From: Antedon mediterranea
Lineage: Eukaryota > Animalia > Echinodermata
Direction of reading: 5' to 3'
Assembly: GCF_964355755.1 (NCBI RefSeq)
Contig: NC_092676.1
Coordinates: 1,617,788-1,681,787 of the forward strand
Length of the DNA stretch: 64,000 bases
A program made the translations under genes and the position numbers. Below are positions 13,245 to 32,110 of the stretch, in pieces. Within the stretch, counting starts at the first letter, position 1. Each line of letters starts with the position of its first letter. Under the pieces are notes generated by a model, which was not told the DNA's origin, did not search any database, and worked only from the letters and a program-made list of their open reading frames with translations.

Positions 13245-13398
13245 AGCTCTGTCTACACTATCAAACTAGTTTGACCAAAAAAAAGTGATGTGCCCAAAAA
13301 TGGTAGTGAAATGCCCAAATATGGTAGTGATATGACACCAAAATGTCCATATGAGCATGTTTTTTGTCACATAAAGTTTGATAAGTGTAGACAGAGCT
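13245..13398. mobile_element. MITE family A copy
   Basis: AGCTCTGTCTACACTATCAAAC ... GTTTGATAAGTGTAGACAGAGCT; flanks TTA and TAA. The TIR style and TWA flanks suggest PIF/Harbinger. Confidence 0.9.
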
Positions 13399-15059
13399 TA
13401 ATATAACTGATATATTTTGATCTAGTGGAATTTCACACGCAACGACGACAACTAACGCGACGCAAGTAATTTGACCAATCACAACAGTTGCGGTAACCAA
13501 CCTTAAAAAAAAAATGACGGATGCACAATGAATGTGCCACGATTTTAAATCGTACATAAGTTGGCCTATTGACTAAATAAAAAGAACAATATGCCCGACA
13601 TAATCAACATCTGTAAAATCAGAATGATTGCATTTTGAAAGCCTTTCATTCGAAGGTTGCAAGCGGCTTAATTAATCCACCCATGGAGAAATGATTTCTC
13701 CATGATCCACCGGATCAAAAGGGCTTCTGTTACGTAATAAGAGAACCCTGGATTTAACCTTGCAACTTGACCTTGGTATTGACCATCATGACGTCACTTA
13801 CACAAACGCCGATTTAAAAATCAATTGCACTTTGCAGTAGTATAGTAGATGTTCAAACATTATTTAGAAAAAAAGTGGACTTCATTCACAAGCGCAAAGC
13901 ACCTATTATAAGAATAAATATTTATTTGATCCAATACAAATAACAAACACTACAATCAGTAAAATTTAAGAATGGATCAGTGCGACTTCCATTAATGCCA
14001 AAAATGGCGGCATACACAAGTTCTTTGATAAGAATTTAAGATCTTAAGTACGTATAGGCTATAACTATGGGATACAAACAATGGGACTTGAAAATGAATG
14101 TTATAAATAACATCTCAACAAAAGGTCACCATAGAGATAGCTCAATCGTATAATATGCTTTTATAATCTTAAAAAGATAAGCTTAACAATGAGGCATTGT
14201 AAAATAAGGACCGACATTTAATATAAAAAATATACTAGACCTACACTTGAGTGTTGTAACGGTTTTTTCACTTCGCTGTGTTATTGTTTTGATGTAAAAC
14301 CACGCATGCGTAAAATGAAAGGCGTGAGTAATTCTAGCGGTTAACCGCATCTTCCAAACGGTATTCCACATTTTTATCTCCTTGCAGGCCGACTACGATT
14401 ATGAATTACGATTACGTGCATCCTATCCGGTCATATCTCAACATTACGTGCAATTTAACATGAAATTAAATATCAGAATTATAAAATAATCGTTTACTTG
14501 GCCGGACATTGCTAATAACAACACTAAATACTACTAAATTGATGTGTTTTTGTTATATATAATAAAATAGATAAAGACTAACCAAGTACTATGTATCATA
14601 AATTGTTATAAAACGGTAAATAAAGACGACGAGAAAGCCATTTGAATTTTAAATGAAACTTCATCAATGCTTCCATATAAAGGTGTTTGTAATAAACAAT
14701 AAGAAGTGGGGATGCTGTTTTTGTTACAGAGGAAAATAAATAAGTCGTTTAATAAAAACAAAGGCAGTACATTTACATAGTATACGCTACATTCCAACCA
14801 CACGTGTTCTTTGTCTAATAATTGATAATACATTATGCATATACATACTATTTAATAAATCAATGCCTATTAATGTAATATTTATTATTAATATTTATTA
14901 CATTACACGTTCATTTCTGAAAGCGTAATAAAAACATCAACCTGGGTTACTACCGGTTAAAATGAATTTTTCGTAGCTTTGTTTTGCTAATCTAAGGTTG
15001 AACACATGCTTGTGTTTACATCTACGGACAGTCAGCAAAAGCCTTGGCCTTGTTAATGT

Positions 15060-15125
15060 GTAACCAATCAGCTGCAAGAACTGCGAGCTACACCTGCAAG
15101 CCGACCAATCACAGACAATCAGCCA
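15060..15125 (+). promoter_or_regulatory. Tandem CCAAT boxes upstream of HECA
   Basis: AACCAATCAG (CCAAT at 15064), GACCAATCAC (CCAAT at 15105) and ACAATCAG at about 15115, roughly 170-225 bp before the ATG; NF-Y-type context. Confidence 0.5.
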
Positions 15126-15286
15126 AAAAATCCGGGGTAGTTTTTCCCGGTCACCAATTTTCTCCACAGTTGTAAACATAACACAGAAAACCAAACCTTA
15201 CGGTTGATGTGCTGAGCATTTTAGCTTGAAAACACCGTTTACTATCGGGCTTTTTACATTGTTTTTGTGATTTTATACATATTCAC

Positions 15287-16831
15287 ATGCCGTTTACCAA
15301 AGAAGAGAAGGCCAGGCAGCGTGCTGACCAATTTAGAGAGGTAAATAATAATGATTTAGAAGAAGAAGATCCGGATTATAAAACATGTTGTGTGCCGCCG
15401 TCTGGATGTGTAGTGGGTAATGCCGTGCATATACGAGACCCGGATGTTGTTATGAAAGTTGTATGCAACAACAAAGATTGTACCTATGGAGTGTATATGC
15501 ACAAGCCGTGTTTTGCCGAGTGGGAAGAGAGTGTACTAACGTACCTACGATCGTCAGGACGGGCTAGAAGCTGGTCGGAAAAACAGCGTCGCCAAAATTT
15601 GTGGACAAAGAAAGGATACGACTTGGCATGGAAGGCATGTTCCTGTCGTTGCGGAAAGGGCCATCTACGAAAAGATCTCGATTGGCTACCACCAAAGTCC
15701 TTGGATGTAGCTGATCGTAAGAAAGCCAAGAAAAAGAAATCAAATGATAAGCCAACTATAGGTCGGGCTACGACTCTACAGCAACAGAATAGCAACGGAT
15801 CGACAACATCAAACGGTGTTCATACTCACGGCGGTCATATATCAAACGGCCACCAACATACAGGCAATTCCGTAGGAGGAGGATCGTCGCATAACGGACG
15901 TCTTCGCCACACCTCCGGAGCTTCCGTATCTTCGACAGACAGCTTCAGCAGCACACCACCAACAAGTGCGGATGAGTTCCTGTACTCGCCTGGTCCATCA
16001 CCACGTGTCAACAACGGACATATTATACGACTCGATTCGAATTCGTCGTCAGATCGTAGTTGGTCGCCGAATGGCTCCCAAACAAGCCAAAGGAATGGTT
16101 TTACATTCTCTCGCTCGAATTCGCTGAGCAGCAGCAAGGAACCACCGGTTGACAATGCTCCTCGACAGATGTCGCCGAAGACAGTCGATAATCTCAATGA
16201 CTGTCTATTTCTACGCAGAATGGACTTGTCCACATTTTTCGAGGTCCTTCCACGACATAAGCTGAATCCGTACCACATCAAGATGGACGAAGACGGCTTT
16301 GCGGCAAACGAAGAGATTCGGAAATTTATATTCAACACCATGGTTCTGCACAAGGCAACCAGCATGGCATGCTCGATGTGTGCTCGACAACTACCAATCT
16401 TTGATCGGTACCCCTTGATTGACGGAACCTGTTACCTTACCCCCGTCAAACACAGCGATACCAATCTACAAGTGAACCTTAACGGTAAACTGCAGTATCT
16501 GGGCGCAGTGTGCATGTTATGTTTAGAAGGCGTGCACAGCGTTCTATGCCGCAAATGTAAGACACCGTGGGATGGCAGCCATCATCAACTCGGAACTCTA
16601 TACTCGTACGATATATTCGCCGCATCGCCATGCTGCTCTGGCCGCGTTGGTTGCAAGCAATGCGGTAAACCGGTTATAGAACTGAGTCGTGGACCGTACT
16701 TCTTCAGTCAATATTCGCAGACTATACGTTGCCCTCATTGTGGAGTACCAGATTTCCATTTCATAAAACCATTGAGCAGCTACGAGGTTCGCGCCAACCA
16801 GATGTCTGCACAGCAACGACTAATATGTTAA
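15287..16831 (+). CDS. HECA: Headcase protein homolog, single coding exon, 514 aa
   Basis: Headcase N-domain (CNN..C..G.YMH..CF.EWE..VL..LRSSGRARSWSEKQRRQNLWTKKGYDLA.KACSCRCGKGHLRKDLDW) and C-domain (LPRHKLNPYHIKMDED, FDRYPLIDGT, WDGS..QLGTLYSYDIFAA.PCC, CPHCG..DFHFIKPL). Confidence 0.95.
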   Translation: MPFTKEEKARQRADQFREVNNNDLEEEDPDYKTCCVPPSGCVVGNAVHIRDPDVVMKVVCNNKDCTYGVYMHKPCFAEWEESVLTYLRSSGRARSWSEKQRRQNLWTKKGYDLAWKACSCRCGKGHLRKDLDWLPPKSLDVADRKKAKKKKSNDKPTIGRATTLQQQNSNGSTTSNGVHTHGGHISNGHQHTGNSVGGGSSHNGRLRHTSGASVSSTDSFSSTPPTSADEFLYSPGPSPRVNNGHIIRLDSNSSSDRSWSPNGSQTSQRNGFTFSRSNSLSSSKEPPVDNAPRQMSPKTVDNLNDCLFLRRMDLSTFFEVLPRHKLNPYHIKMDEDGFAANEEIRKFIFNTMVLHKATSMACSMCARQLPIFDRYPLIDGTCYLTPVKHSDTNLQVNLNGKLQYLGAVCMLCLEGVHSVLCRKCKTPWDGSHHQLGTLYSYDIFAASPCCSGRVGCKQCGKPVIELSRGPYFFSQYSQTIRCPHCGVPDFHFIKPLSSYEVRANQMSAQQRLIC

Positions 16832-18391
16832 GAAACATATCGTTTACGGGTATAATAACAGAACATTGTCGTATGTAAGACTATTTTTATAACGTTGATA
16901 TTTTTAAACGCAAGTTGTGGACTAAAAGAAACATTTTTTACTGGAACATTGTTTTGAAAAGTGTTTAAAATGTGTTTACTCAAAAGAAGAATGAGTATTT
17001 GAACTTGAAGTTCTATAATAATCTTTAAAAAATAATAATTTGCATATTACGTTCATGATATCGTTATACGAGAATCTGTACGAATCCGATGTTACATTAA
17101 AATGTTGTAATGGATTCACGATATAGGCCTAAACAAAGTTAGGATCATCATACATAATATAGGCGTATAATATTACCGTAAGAGATATTTCCAGAACATA
17201 ATAATAAATGATAGTTTTCTTTTTAAATTTATATATCATACACTTTATATATGATTACAATATATTAATATACAACTTAGTAAACTTAGTATGCCTTTAG
17301 GTAAATATAAGAAAATTGCGTTGCTTTGGTAACAACAATACGCATTATTCGCGATAACAATAAGTCAAATATTACCTTATCAGATATCAAGAAAAAAAAT
17401 ATATACTTTATTTTGTACTGTATATAAATTAAAAAATGCCTATATGGTTATTATCAGTCCTTTTTATCAAGGAATTTAACATATCATTTTGTGTGTAATT
17501 ATTATTACTAATTAAGTTTAAGCAGCTTATTAAGGGATGTACAATTGTTGATCACCAAAGGACGGTTTTCATAGTAGAAAATAAGAAAAAACGAACGATG
17601 TATAAAATGTTTGTAAAGAAGTTAATAACAACAATTTTTGAAAAGTTGAATGTTTAATATTTGTTAAAAATTGCCTTGTATCGTCACGTGACGGATGCAT
17701 AACCGAGAAAGTCTTTCTGATTGGTTTTTTTTTTAAATGAATGAAACTTTATATTGCCATATATGGTCAAATCAAACTAATAGGTCGTAAAATGTATTTT
17801 TTATCAGTAAACACGTTTTTCAGCAAGTACTACTTGTAGAGGTATTTACACTTTTGTATTTTTAGAAAGTTAAATCCTTACAACATTTATCATTTTTTTT
17901 AAATAATATTTAAAAATCATTTTAGGTTGGAATAGACATTTGTGATTGCAAATACTATTACGAAAATTCTTTTCAAATATTGTTATCAACTAAATAATAT
18001 GTTTAAGCAAAATGTCTATAATGATTACGAAGTATAGCTAGCTAGGCCTATCATCATTTTGGCCAATAAGGTATTTTAGTTTGGAAGCGACAGGGTTATC
18101 TTGGCTTTCCGATATAGAGTGTGCCTCGTATTATAAGACTGATTTCTGCACTTGCCTATGTTATATCATCATTATTAAACTTTGAAGTAAAGTATAAGGA
18201 GTTGTAGATAGGCTAGCCCTATGTTTGTTTTGATTTCGATGGTGTTGTACCAGTGATGACAGGTTCATTATGTGTGACTTGTGGCGACGGCTATTCTTGC
18301 GGTTAACCACTAAATGACGAAACTCGCGATTTATATCGTATGGTGTTCAATGCATCCTATTTGAGTCAGTACGGTATACTATAGTACCCAA

Positions 18392-18862
18392 AACTTGGTT
18401 CCCACTAGGACGCGACGCAATGACGTAAACCGCAACGTGAATTGACCAATCACAAGCGACAATTGGATTCATCCATCGCTTTTGATTGGTCAATTCGCTT
18501 GCGTTGTCTCCTAGAGTGGAAAACTAAACTTAGAGGAACGCGCTATTAATGCTTGGTTCCCACTAGAGAGACGCAACGCAAAGTGATATAATTATTCGAC
18601 TGTCGTTTGTCATAGGTCAACTCGTATGTGTTACGTCTACGTCTTGCATTGCGTCCCAATGGGAACCAAGCTTTAAGGAGACTCGGTGGTTCTCTCATTT
18701 GACGACGCAATGACGAAACCGCACAAGTACAGCGGCGGTTCACACTAATACACGCGCGCCATGCAAGTACACCAATCAGTCAGACGTGGTCTTACAGGAG
18801 GACAAGCGTTGAGCCTCGTGATTTTGGTAAATTACTTGCGTCCAAATTTGGAAACCAAGCTT
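18392..18862. mobile_element. Cluster of three family B-related MITEs
   Basis: CTTGGTTCCCACTAG termini at about 18394 and 18552; GGGAACCAAGCT at about 18672; degenerate third copy ending GAAACCAAGCT at about 18861. Further fragments at about 9300-9400 and 13420-13505. Confidence 0.75.
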
Positions 18863-19329
18863 AAAATGTAAGGTATACGATAAAATTGATCGATTTGGAA
18901 TTTCCCATTTGCAACAACATCAACAGGTTCATATTATGAGTTTGTAGGGATGAGTGAAGTGTAACAAAATATTAATACTACCCGATGATTGGACGATGTT
19001 TTGTTTGTCTTCAGTAAAGAGGAAGAAATCAAGCAGATTACATCCGTCATAAAAAAAAACCTAAAACGCCGACACTTAAAAATCAAAACAAATGGCTTGC
19101 CTCGTATTTTAATACATCACCCTGGTAAGTTGTAGTCATGGGGGAATCGCTAATATACCTTTATGGGAAGGTTTACCCGAGTGAAGACAAAATATAGATA
19201 CAAATTGGCATAGGTACATTTACCCAGTAAGTTGGTAGCTATACACACCAAAGTTAGCGATAATCGACCCGTGAGATCAACTTTATGAGGAACTAAAATA
19301 GCTGTACGCCTAATTTCCTCATGAAGCAT

Positions 19330-19560
19330 GTTGATCATGATCACTCACGTTGATGACGACAATGATGATGTTGATCACGACGTCGACAAACGAATATTAT
19401 GAAAACATGATGACAATTTGACAGCAGTAAATGAGAATGTTGTACAACAACAATGATGATGCGATGATTATGATGATGGTGATCACGTCAATGAGTAATT
19501 GATTACGGTGATGACAACCATTATGATCATGTTGATGATGGTGCAACAGACGACATGAGG
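19330..19560. repeat. Degenerate (GAT)n microsatellite
   Basis: Interrupted GATGAT/GACGAC runs. Confidence 0.6.
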
Positions 19561-20785
19561 CAAATGTTAATGTTTGATAATTGGACGGTTTACCAGAGCT
19601 TTTCTGCGACAGAGTGAATTTAAAAATACATTTGATGTCAAATTAAGATGTAGTACAACAAACACAATGTTTAATATCAACAATATAAACATCAATTTCT
19701 ATATCATCGTCTCTTTATTTATATTTCATCCTATGAAGAAGATCCCTAGGAAAGGGTTTGAAGTCAACAGCAGTATTAAATTTCCCTTTGTGTTATTCAT
19801 GTGGAACCAGCTTTTAAAATTCTTGGCACACTTCCAACATTCATCCAAGGGACGTTCTTAATTTCAAAATTCACATAAAAATAGCTTATGGTTTTTCCGA
19901 AATATTATTTTTAAACTTCGACACATTGACATTAACTTATATAGGTCTATATTTATTAAGGCATTGTTTGATTATTATTATTATTATTCATAATTACAAT
20001 CCAATTTATATAGTGTAATATGTTTGATTGCAGATGTGCATATTCTTCTAGGGTGTGTGTGAAATATGATTTATATACATTCCATAATCCGTCTGTCGAC
20101 TAGAGAGGGCCAACCGCGAATGAATAACAGTCGTTCGTAGTTGTTTTGTCTTATTTATACACTACAGTTAAAAAAAAAGTATATACACTAGTGTATACAT
20201 TTTTTGTGAAGGATCGCCGGACTATGTCAATAAATAGAGTACGGTTTTATTTATTATATTGTCAATTAAACGACGATAAAATATATATAATTTACGTTTG
20301 GGGTAAAGTTTATTTTCGTATTTGGAATTTACAAATTTAAAGTGGCTTTAATCAATCAAAGTCCTCCACTAATAATCTTTGCTATAATACAGTTACTGCT
20401 TTTAAGCAGTTATTTAAAAATAACTTGAGGGCGCTAGACACATTTAACGTTCTATCAAGGATCTACGTCTCTCTGACCTGTTGGTAGAGGCAAAGCATGG
20501 GAAAAGTCATATTATTTAAAAAAATTATAAATATTTTTTTAAACAATTATACAAAATGTCTGGATGATGAAAATTGCATCCATACTGAAACATTGTTGTC
20601 TTCACAACATTTTTGTCTGAACTTGACAACATTTGTTTTTATTTTGGCCCAAATGGCTGCCCATAATCGATCAAAAGCACACCACCAACAACTTAAAAAA
20701 CCGCACATCCATTTCGTCGTTGTTGCGGACTACCTACCTAGAATATAGGCCTAATACACGATTTGGATTAAAATCATCGAAGAAA

Positions 20786-26257
<5,472 letters not shown>

Positions 26258-26373
26258 AAATATATTTTTGGAGAGTTATAACAAAATCAGATTAAGATAA
26301 GAAAATACGATATTGACTTTGTTATGATTAAAGTAAAGGTTTGCGGTACAACACATGTCTACAAAATCTCTAT

Positions 26374-27153
26374 GGCCCTGTTTCTTCTGCCAACTAAATA
26401 CCGTATATTATACGGTATTTTTTTAATACCGTATATATACGGTATATTTTTGGCAGCAGAAACTGCGCTCATAAAAAATATACCGTATTTTGTATACCGT
26501 ATTTTCCCCACAAAATTTGTGGATAAAATACGGTATTTACAAATTTATACCGTATTTGTTGTACCCGTTTCTGCTGCCAATAAAAAACCGTTTTTTTTTT
26601 TTTACACGACAAAAGGTCAACATTCGTGTTTTTATTTTCTGTCACTGTACACACGTGTATAGATATATTCGGCGAAAATGTGGAGCGAAGACGTCACAGT
26701 TTTACTAAATAAATGTGTGTGGGGAAGCTAAAATGTCTGGCCAACTAAAAGGTAATAAAAGGGACAACCACATTTATAAAGACATTTCTAAAAAAATAAA
26801 GCAGGAGTATGGAATAGACTTGTCTCCAAAGCAAGTAAACTCAAAGCTGAAGAGCCTGCGAAAGCAGTACAACATTGCAAAATACAATAACTCGGGGAGG
26901 AGGGAATGAATTAATTGTCCCCATTATGATGTTTTCTCACAACATCTCTATCACAAGGGCTAGGCTGTTGAAAGTGAGACGTAATACTTCCTTTATTGCG
27001 ACTTTTAATTATCGATCAAATAAATGAATGGCAATTTGGGTAAAAAAGATGAAATTTAACACGACCACCCAAGAAGTTTGTTAGCAGAAACGGGGTACTA
27101 AAAAATACCGTATTTTATACCGTATTTTTAGCAGTTGCAGCAGAAACAGGCCC
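26374..27153 (+). mobile_element. Internally deleted PIF/Harbinger element with frameshifted Myb/SANT remnant
   Basis: Imperfect TIRs GGCCCTGTTTCTTCTGCCAACT / AGTTGCAGCAGAAACAGGCCC; 3-bp TSD TAT (26371-73, 27154-56); about 10 subterminal ATACCGTAT/ATACGGTAT motifs; 26678-26950 translates across a frameshift to MWSEDVTVLL..GEAK...NHIYKDISKKI..YGIDLSPKQVNSKLKSLRKQY...CPHYDVF (trihelix Myb/SANT pattern). Confidence 0.85.
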
Positions 27154-27310
27154 TATCTGCACTATCAATGTGACAAAAAAATATGATGTGCCCATATATG
27201 AACATGATTTGGTCATATCACTACCATATTTGGTCATATCACTACCATATTTGGTCATATCACTACCATATTTTGGTACATCACACATTTTTTGTCCAAC
27301 TAGTTTGATA
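27154..27310. mobile_element. MITE family A copy split by the Harbinger insertion
   Basis: AAATCTC(TAT) on the left plus CTGCACTATCAA on the right reconstitutes the family A terminus; the interior has ATTTGGTCATATCACTACCAT three times. Confidence 0.75.
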
Positions 27311-30208
27311 TTTGAAGCCTTGATGTTTAATCTACAGGACATTTGTATCATAGCAACCAAATTGTAAACACTCTCAATGTTGTTTCCTTTTTTTGGAAAC
27401 ATGCATGGTGTGTACTGCAAACCTTAATTTACTAGTACTAATAGTATGATTAAACACAAATTTAAAAGGGTATATTTTTATGTTGCTCACAGTTTAGCAG
27501 AATGTATGCACCACTTAAAAATGAGTCATTTTTGGTGAGAATATGTTTTTTTATGCCACCTTGGTTAAATATTAATCTACCTTGATAAATCTTGCTTTAT
27601 CACCTCTATTGCATTGTGGGTTATATCATGGAGTTTACTCCATGGTTATATACAATACATTTATATTGTATGGTTTCAAGCCTGTCACCAGCATTATTTT
27701 GTAGGGGTTCTTTTTACCACAAAATGGGAAACAAAAATTCATTTATGGCTAGGCTTGTTATGGCCTATTTACCATCACAGTCCCTAGTCACAAAAAAGGT
27801 ATAGGTTGGTTGGTTCGTTTGTACCCACCCCTTAAAGCCCTTGGCTTAGGTATTCTAATATAAAAACTATTTGTGGCATAATTTGTACTCAAGAATTATT
27901 TGCAGGAGTTTTTGTTATCGTGTTTGCAGAAGTAGGTGTAGAATTTGTGCTTTTTACTAATACAGTTGTCAACAATCATCACAATAGTTTTGTAAGGTAT
28001 TTGAAGTGAATGCATGATTGAAGTACAGTAAAGTTTCACAGAGCTGGAAAACAACTTAGACTAAATGACGTAATGCATAATTTGCGCAGGTCGTAGGTCA
28101 CAAATTGGACGCTTTTTACTGTTTATTTGAAGCATGTTTTGATCAGCACAAATTTACTTTTTTTAAAGGATTGAATGAATTAATTTGACAACCATCGAAG
28201 AAAATATTATTATTTTTTTTAGATCACAAACTCAACAGAAATACAAAACATGATTAATGTTTGATCATTGTATGTATGATCACACCTAATATTATTAGTG
28301 TGTGATCAACCGGTAAATGATATTACCGGTATGTCCTGTTTTTTACTGATAAGTAAATGATTATTATTAATTACTTAAATTGAAAAAAAAAAATAATAGA
28401 ATTAAATCGAATAAACCATGGCAATAATTTCTTACCCCAATAAAATACAAGATTTCTGATGTGTAAGAGGTACAGCACTTACACAGTACGGACTTAAAAG
28501 TAAGAATTGATTTTATTCAGATGGATTAAAAGAAACTAAGGGATAGTAGATATATTTTCAAGATAACTTTTTGTAATTGTTAGACTATGCAGTCGGTCTG
28601 TGATCCTTTTCAGAAATAAAAGCGTTTGATATTTAAACAAAATGATTTTTCTTTTCTAAAAATCTCACTTTTTGACATCTCAAAAATCATTTGCAAAATT
28701 CCTCTACAAGTACAGTAGTACAGAGACTTTTTGTTTTAAAAAATGTTAATTTTTATATTCATATTTTGATAAAGCTATTTCCTATAAATATGACAAATAA
28801 AAATATGATAAAATAATGTGTGTATATATATACACCTGTAGTACTATAAATAATCAATATTTAATGATGAACATTTTCTTTACAAAAAATCTCTTATAGT
28901 AGAGATTTTTTATTTTCTTGCAAATACTATTCAAGAATTGAATGTTCATGCATACTGTATTTGAAAGACCATGAATAGGCACACCGCATACCAGCCAGGC
29001 CTTTTACAACTACTTACTAGCCTAGCATGGTGGGCTAAGCAGGCTAGCCTGCTCCACACTAGGCTGGTACTAAGCATGGAGGAAAGAACTAAGTAGGCCT
29101 ATTTAGATAGATTTAGTTTGATAACTTACGTAGGGCCTGGGCCTGGCTAGGTTATATATTAATCTTCTCATGCCATGTTCCATGAAGTAACAAAGATAAT
29201 CTTCATCATCGTAAAATCATGCAAAGTATAATTCAATTGATGTTCTTACTATCCGTTTTTATTTTGCCGTGATGGTCGTGAGGTGGTGGTATGTACGTCG
29301 TTCGTGGGACCTAGCTAGCTAGCACGTGGGTGATGACGATGTTGATGATGGTGGAGTTTCGTTGTTTTTGATTGGTCAGTAGTTCATTATGAATACGATT
29401 ACGCACGCGCAATAACAATTTCCCCGTAAAACTACAAAATTAACGTTTAAAATAGTGTAGTGAACACCTGGCAAGGTACCTTGTGTTTTTAACGATATTT
29501 TCAATACATCATTTAATGGAGGTTTCTTCATCAGAAACTAACTTGGTAACTGATTGATTCTCGTGACCGGGATATACAAAAAATTCTTTCAGATCTCTGG
29601 ATGTTTTTTTTTAATGCCAAAGCAATCCTCATTTAATGCTTTTTTTTTTCATTGAAAAGTTTGTAAGTGGGTGCAAACAAAAAATAACAATAACAACAAC
29701 AAATGCTTTCCAATTTTTGGTTGATTTTACAATACAAGAATCTCTAGCACATAGAGGTACTACACAACTAGACAGTCAACTCCAAAATAGTTGTATATCA
29801 TCTCTATGAGTACACATCATACAAAACATTATTTCAAGATTGGTTCCTACATAGGCCACCTGTCATGTATCTCCACATGTGAAGTGATCTGTCCAACATC
29901 ATAAACACATTCTGTAATACAGTGTCAGGTTTGCAATCAAGCTTTCTATTGGCTATTCAACAAAATAATTTTTAAAATTTTCATAAAGTAGATTAAATTT
30001 TGTCATAACCTTAAACTAAACATAAATATTCCATTTCATTTATTTCGACAGAAAAGAAGAAATACAAAAAGAAAAAGAGTTCATAATCCAAATGACTGGT
30101 TAACCAAAAAGCAAAATGAATCACTGTCAAGTGGCTCACCAAAATGGAAATTGAAAACAAAATAAATAAATTACGCGATAAAAGCTTTCAAAATCTGTGT
30201 TACAGTAA

Positions 30209-30367
30209 AGCTGTCTACACTATTTTGACAAAAAAAGTGTGATATGCCAAAATATGGTATTGATGTGACATCAACGTGTCCATATCACATCACATTGATG
30301 TGACATCAACGTGTCCATACCACATCACATTTTTTGTCACATAAGGTTTGATAGTGTAGACCGCGCT
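30209..30367. mobile_element. MITE family A copy
   Basis: CTGTCTACACTAT ... GTTTGATAGTGTAGAC with an internal duplication. Confidence 0.8.
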
Positions 30368-30802
30368 TATTACACTATATTGGTTTTTTTTTAAATGTAA
30401 TTTATAAACTTTTTGATCGTTTGATCTCTCTTTGAATAGTTTACTTGCATTCTCAATTTAGTAAATTTGATGGAATAATCATTAGAAACCCATCATTTTG
30501 ATAATTAAAACAAATTATTTATTTGGAAAAATTTCCAACACCTTTACAACAACAATAACACTGGACACAGTAGTTTCAAATTTCAAATATACAGATAAAT
30601 CAAACTAACTATTGCATATGTCTATCTACATTAAATTAAACTTTCTTTACATTCTTCCACACAGTATTGACCTTTGACACAGAGTAGATTGTACAATAAT
30701 AAGATACTACTAAACATACTGTAATCAATTAACCATAATCCTAAGCTGAAATTACAACATCCAGGCTTGTTTTGTTTTTACTGTGGCATCAAAAGCGCAA
30801 TA

Positions 30803-30933
30803 ACTACAAGCAACCCATATTTGGCTACAAGCAACCCATATTTGGCTACAAGTTACCCATATTTGGCTACAAGCAACCCATATTTGGCTAAAAGCAACCC
30901 ATATTTGGCCACCAGCAACCCATATTTGGCTAT
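30803..30933. repeat. 21-bp tandem repeat, about 6 copies
   Basis: Unit CTACAAGCAACCCATATTTGG; shares CCATATTTGG with the interior of the family A MITE. Confidence 0.85.
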
Positions 30934-32110
30934 AATTTGTCCATATTAGGGCATGAACCTGTCATGATCTGTCTACATTATGGACCTTTTTATTTTTTTA
31001 AAGTACAACAATATTATTTCATAGTTGACAAAAAACCATATGCAATATGAAAAAATTTTAATTAGATAACTTTACCATATCGTCTAGTGTGAAGTGTCTA
31101 TCACTACATTATTTACAGGTATAACAAAATAAAATTTATAAATTTGATTCCAATTCATTTTGAATGAAAGCATAATTGACACAAAAAAACAAAATAAATA
31201 TATTATTTAGATAATTTGATTTCCAAATGTGTAGTGAATTGTCCATCAGAACAGGAAATAATGAAAGCAACAACAATTTATAATTGTTAATGTTATCCTT
31301 ATAATTTAAATGAATAATCTTAAAAACCAATTTTTTCTAATAAGATAAATACTAACCCGTAAGATGAACCGATAATTTATACTATTAACAAAACAATTAT
31401 ATAAGGAAAGATAATCTTCAAAATAAAATGGATAAAATAATTCGATATATTAAATAAAAATATAATTAAATTAAAGTAATTCAACATGAACATAAAAACA
31501 TTACATTATATTAAAAGATGTCATTATCATTGGATTGTCGTAGCAATGCATCTCTTTTATGGAAACGTGTCCAGTACAAGATTTATTGTTATCAATATCA
31601 TGAGAATACAGTATTACACTCACTCTGTGTACTAAACCATTAGGTTAAAAATTTATACAAACTCTGAATTTTTCTATGGACAACATTTTTAGGAAACATC
31701 AATTTTCTGCAATCAAACATCTCACCAAAAAATGTAGCATTAATACACTAGTTTGATATTTAACATTCAATACGCCACATTACTGTACATAGAAAAATTG
31801 TGTCTAATCTTAAATTGTCTATAAAATTATAAAATAGTTTGTGCATAATACGACAGGCTATGAAAAGAAACTATAACATTGGTTATACAAGTTAAAATAT
31901 TGATGAAGATCCTTAAAACGAAAACAAAAATTATGTGCATTTTAAACAAAAATATATTAATGTATATACTAATTAAAATTCAAGGTAACAGGAATTATTT
32001 CTCAGAAGGAAAAAAAAAATTTCCAGAATAGAGAATGTACATATTGTTGTCTTTTAAATATGTTAGTATTTTAGTAATATACAACTTTGATTAAATAGTA
32101 GGCCTACTAA

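Noticed and set aside
15484-16816. Minus-strand ORFs overlapping HECA
   Set aside because: Antisense shadows of a GC-richer coding exon; no motifs.
26715-26909. Stand-alone Myb/SANT host gene
   Set aside because: Frameshifted, truncated and enclosed by TIRs and a TSD; a transposon remnant.
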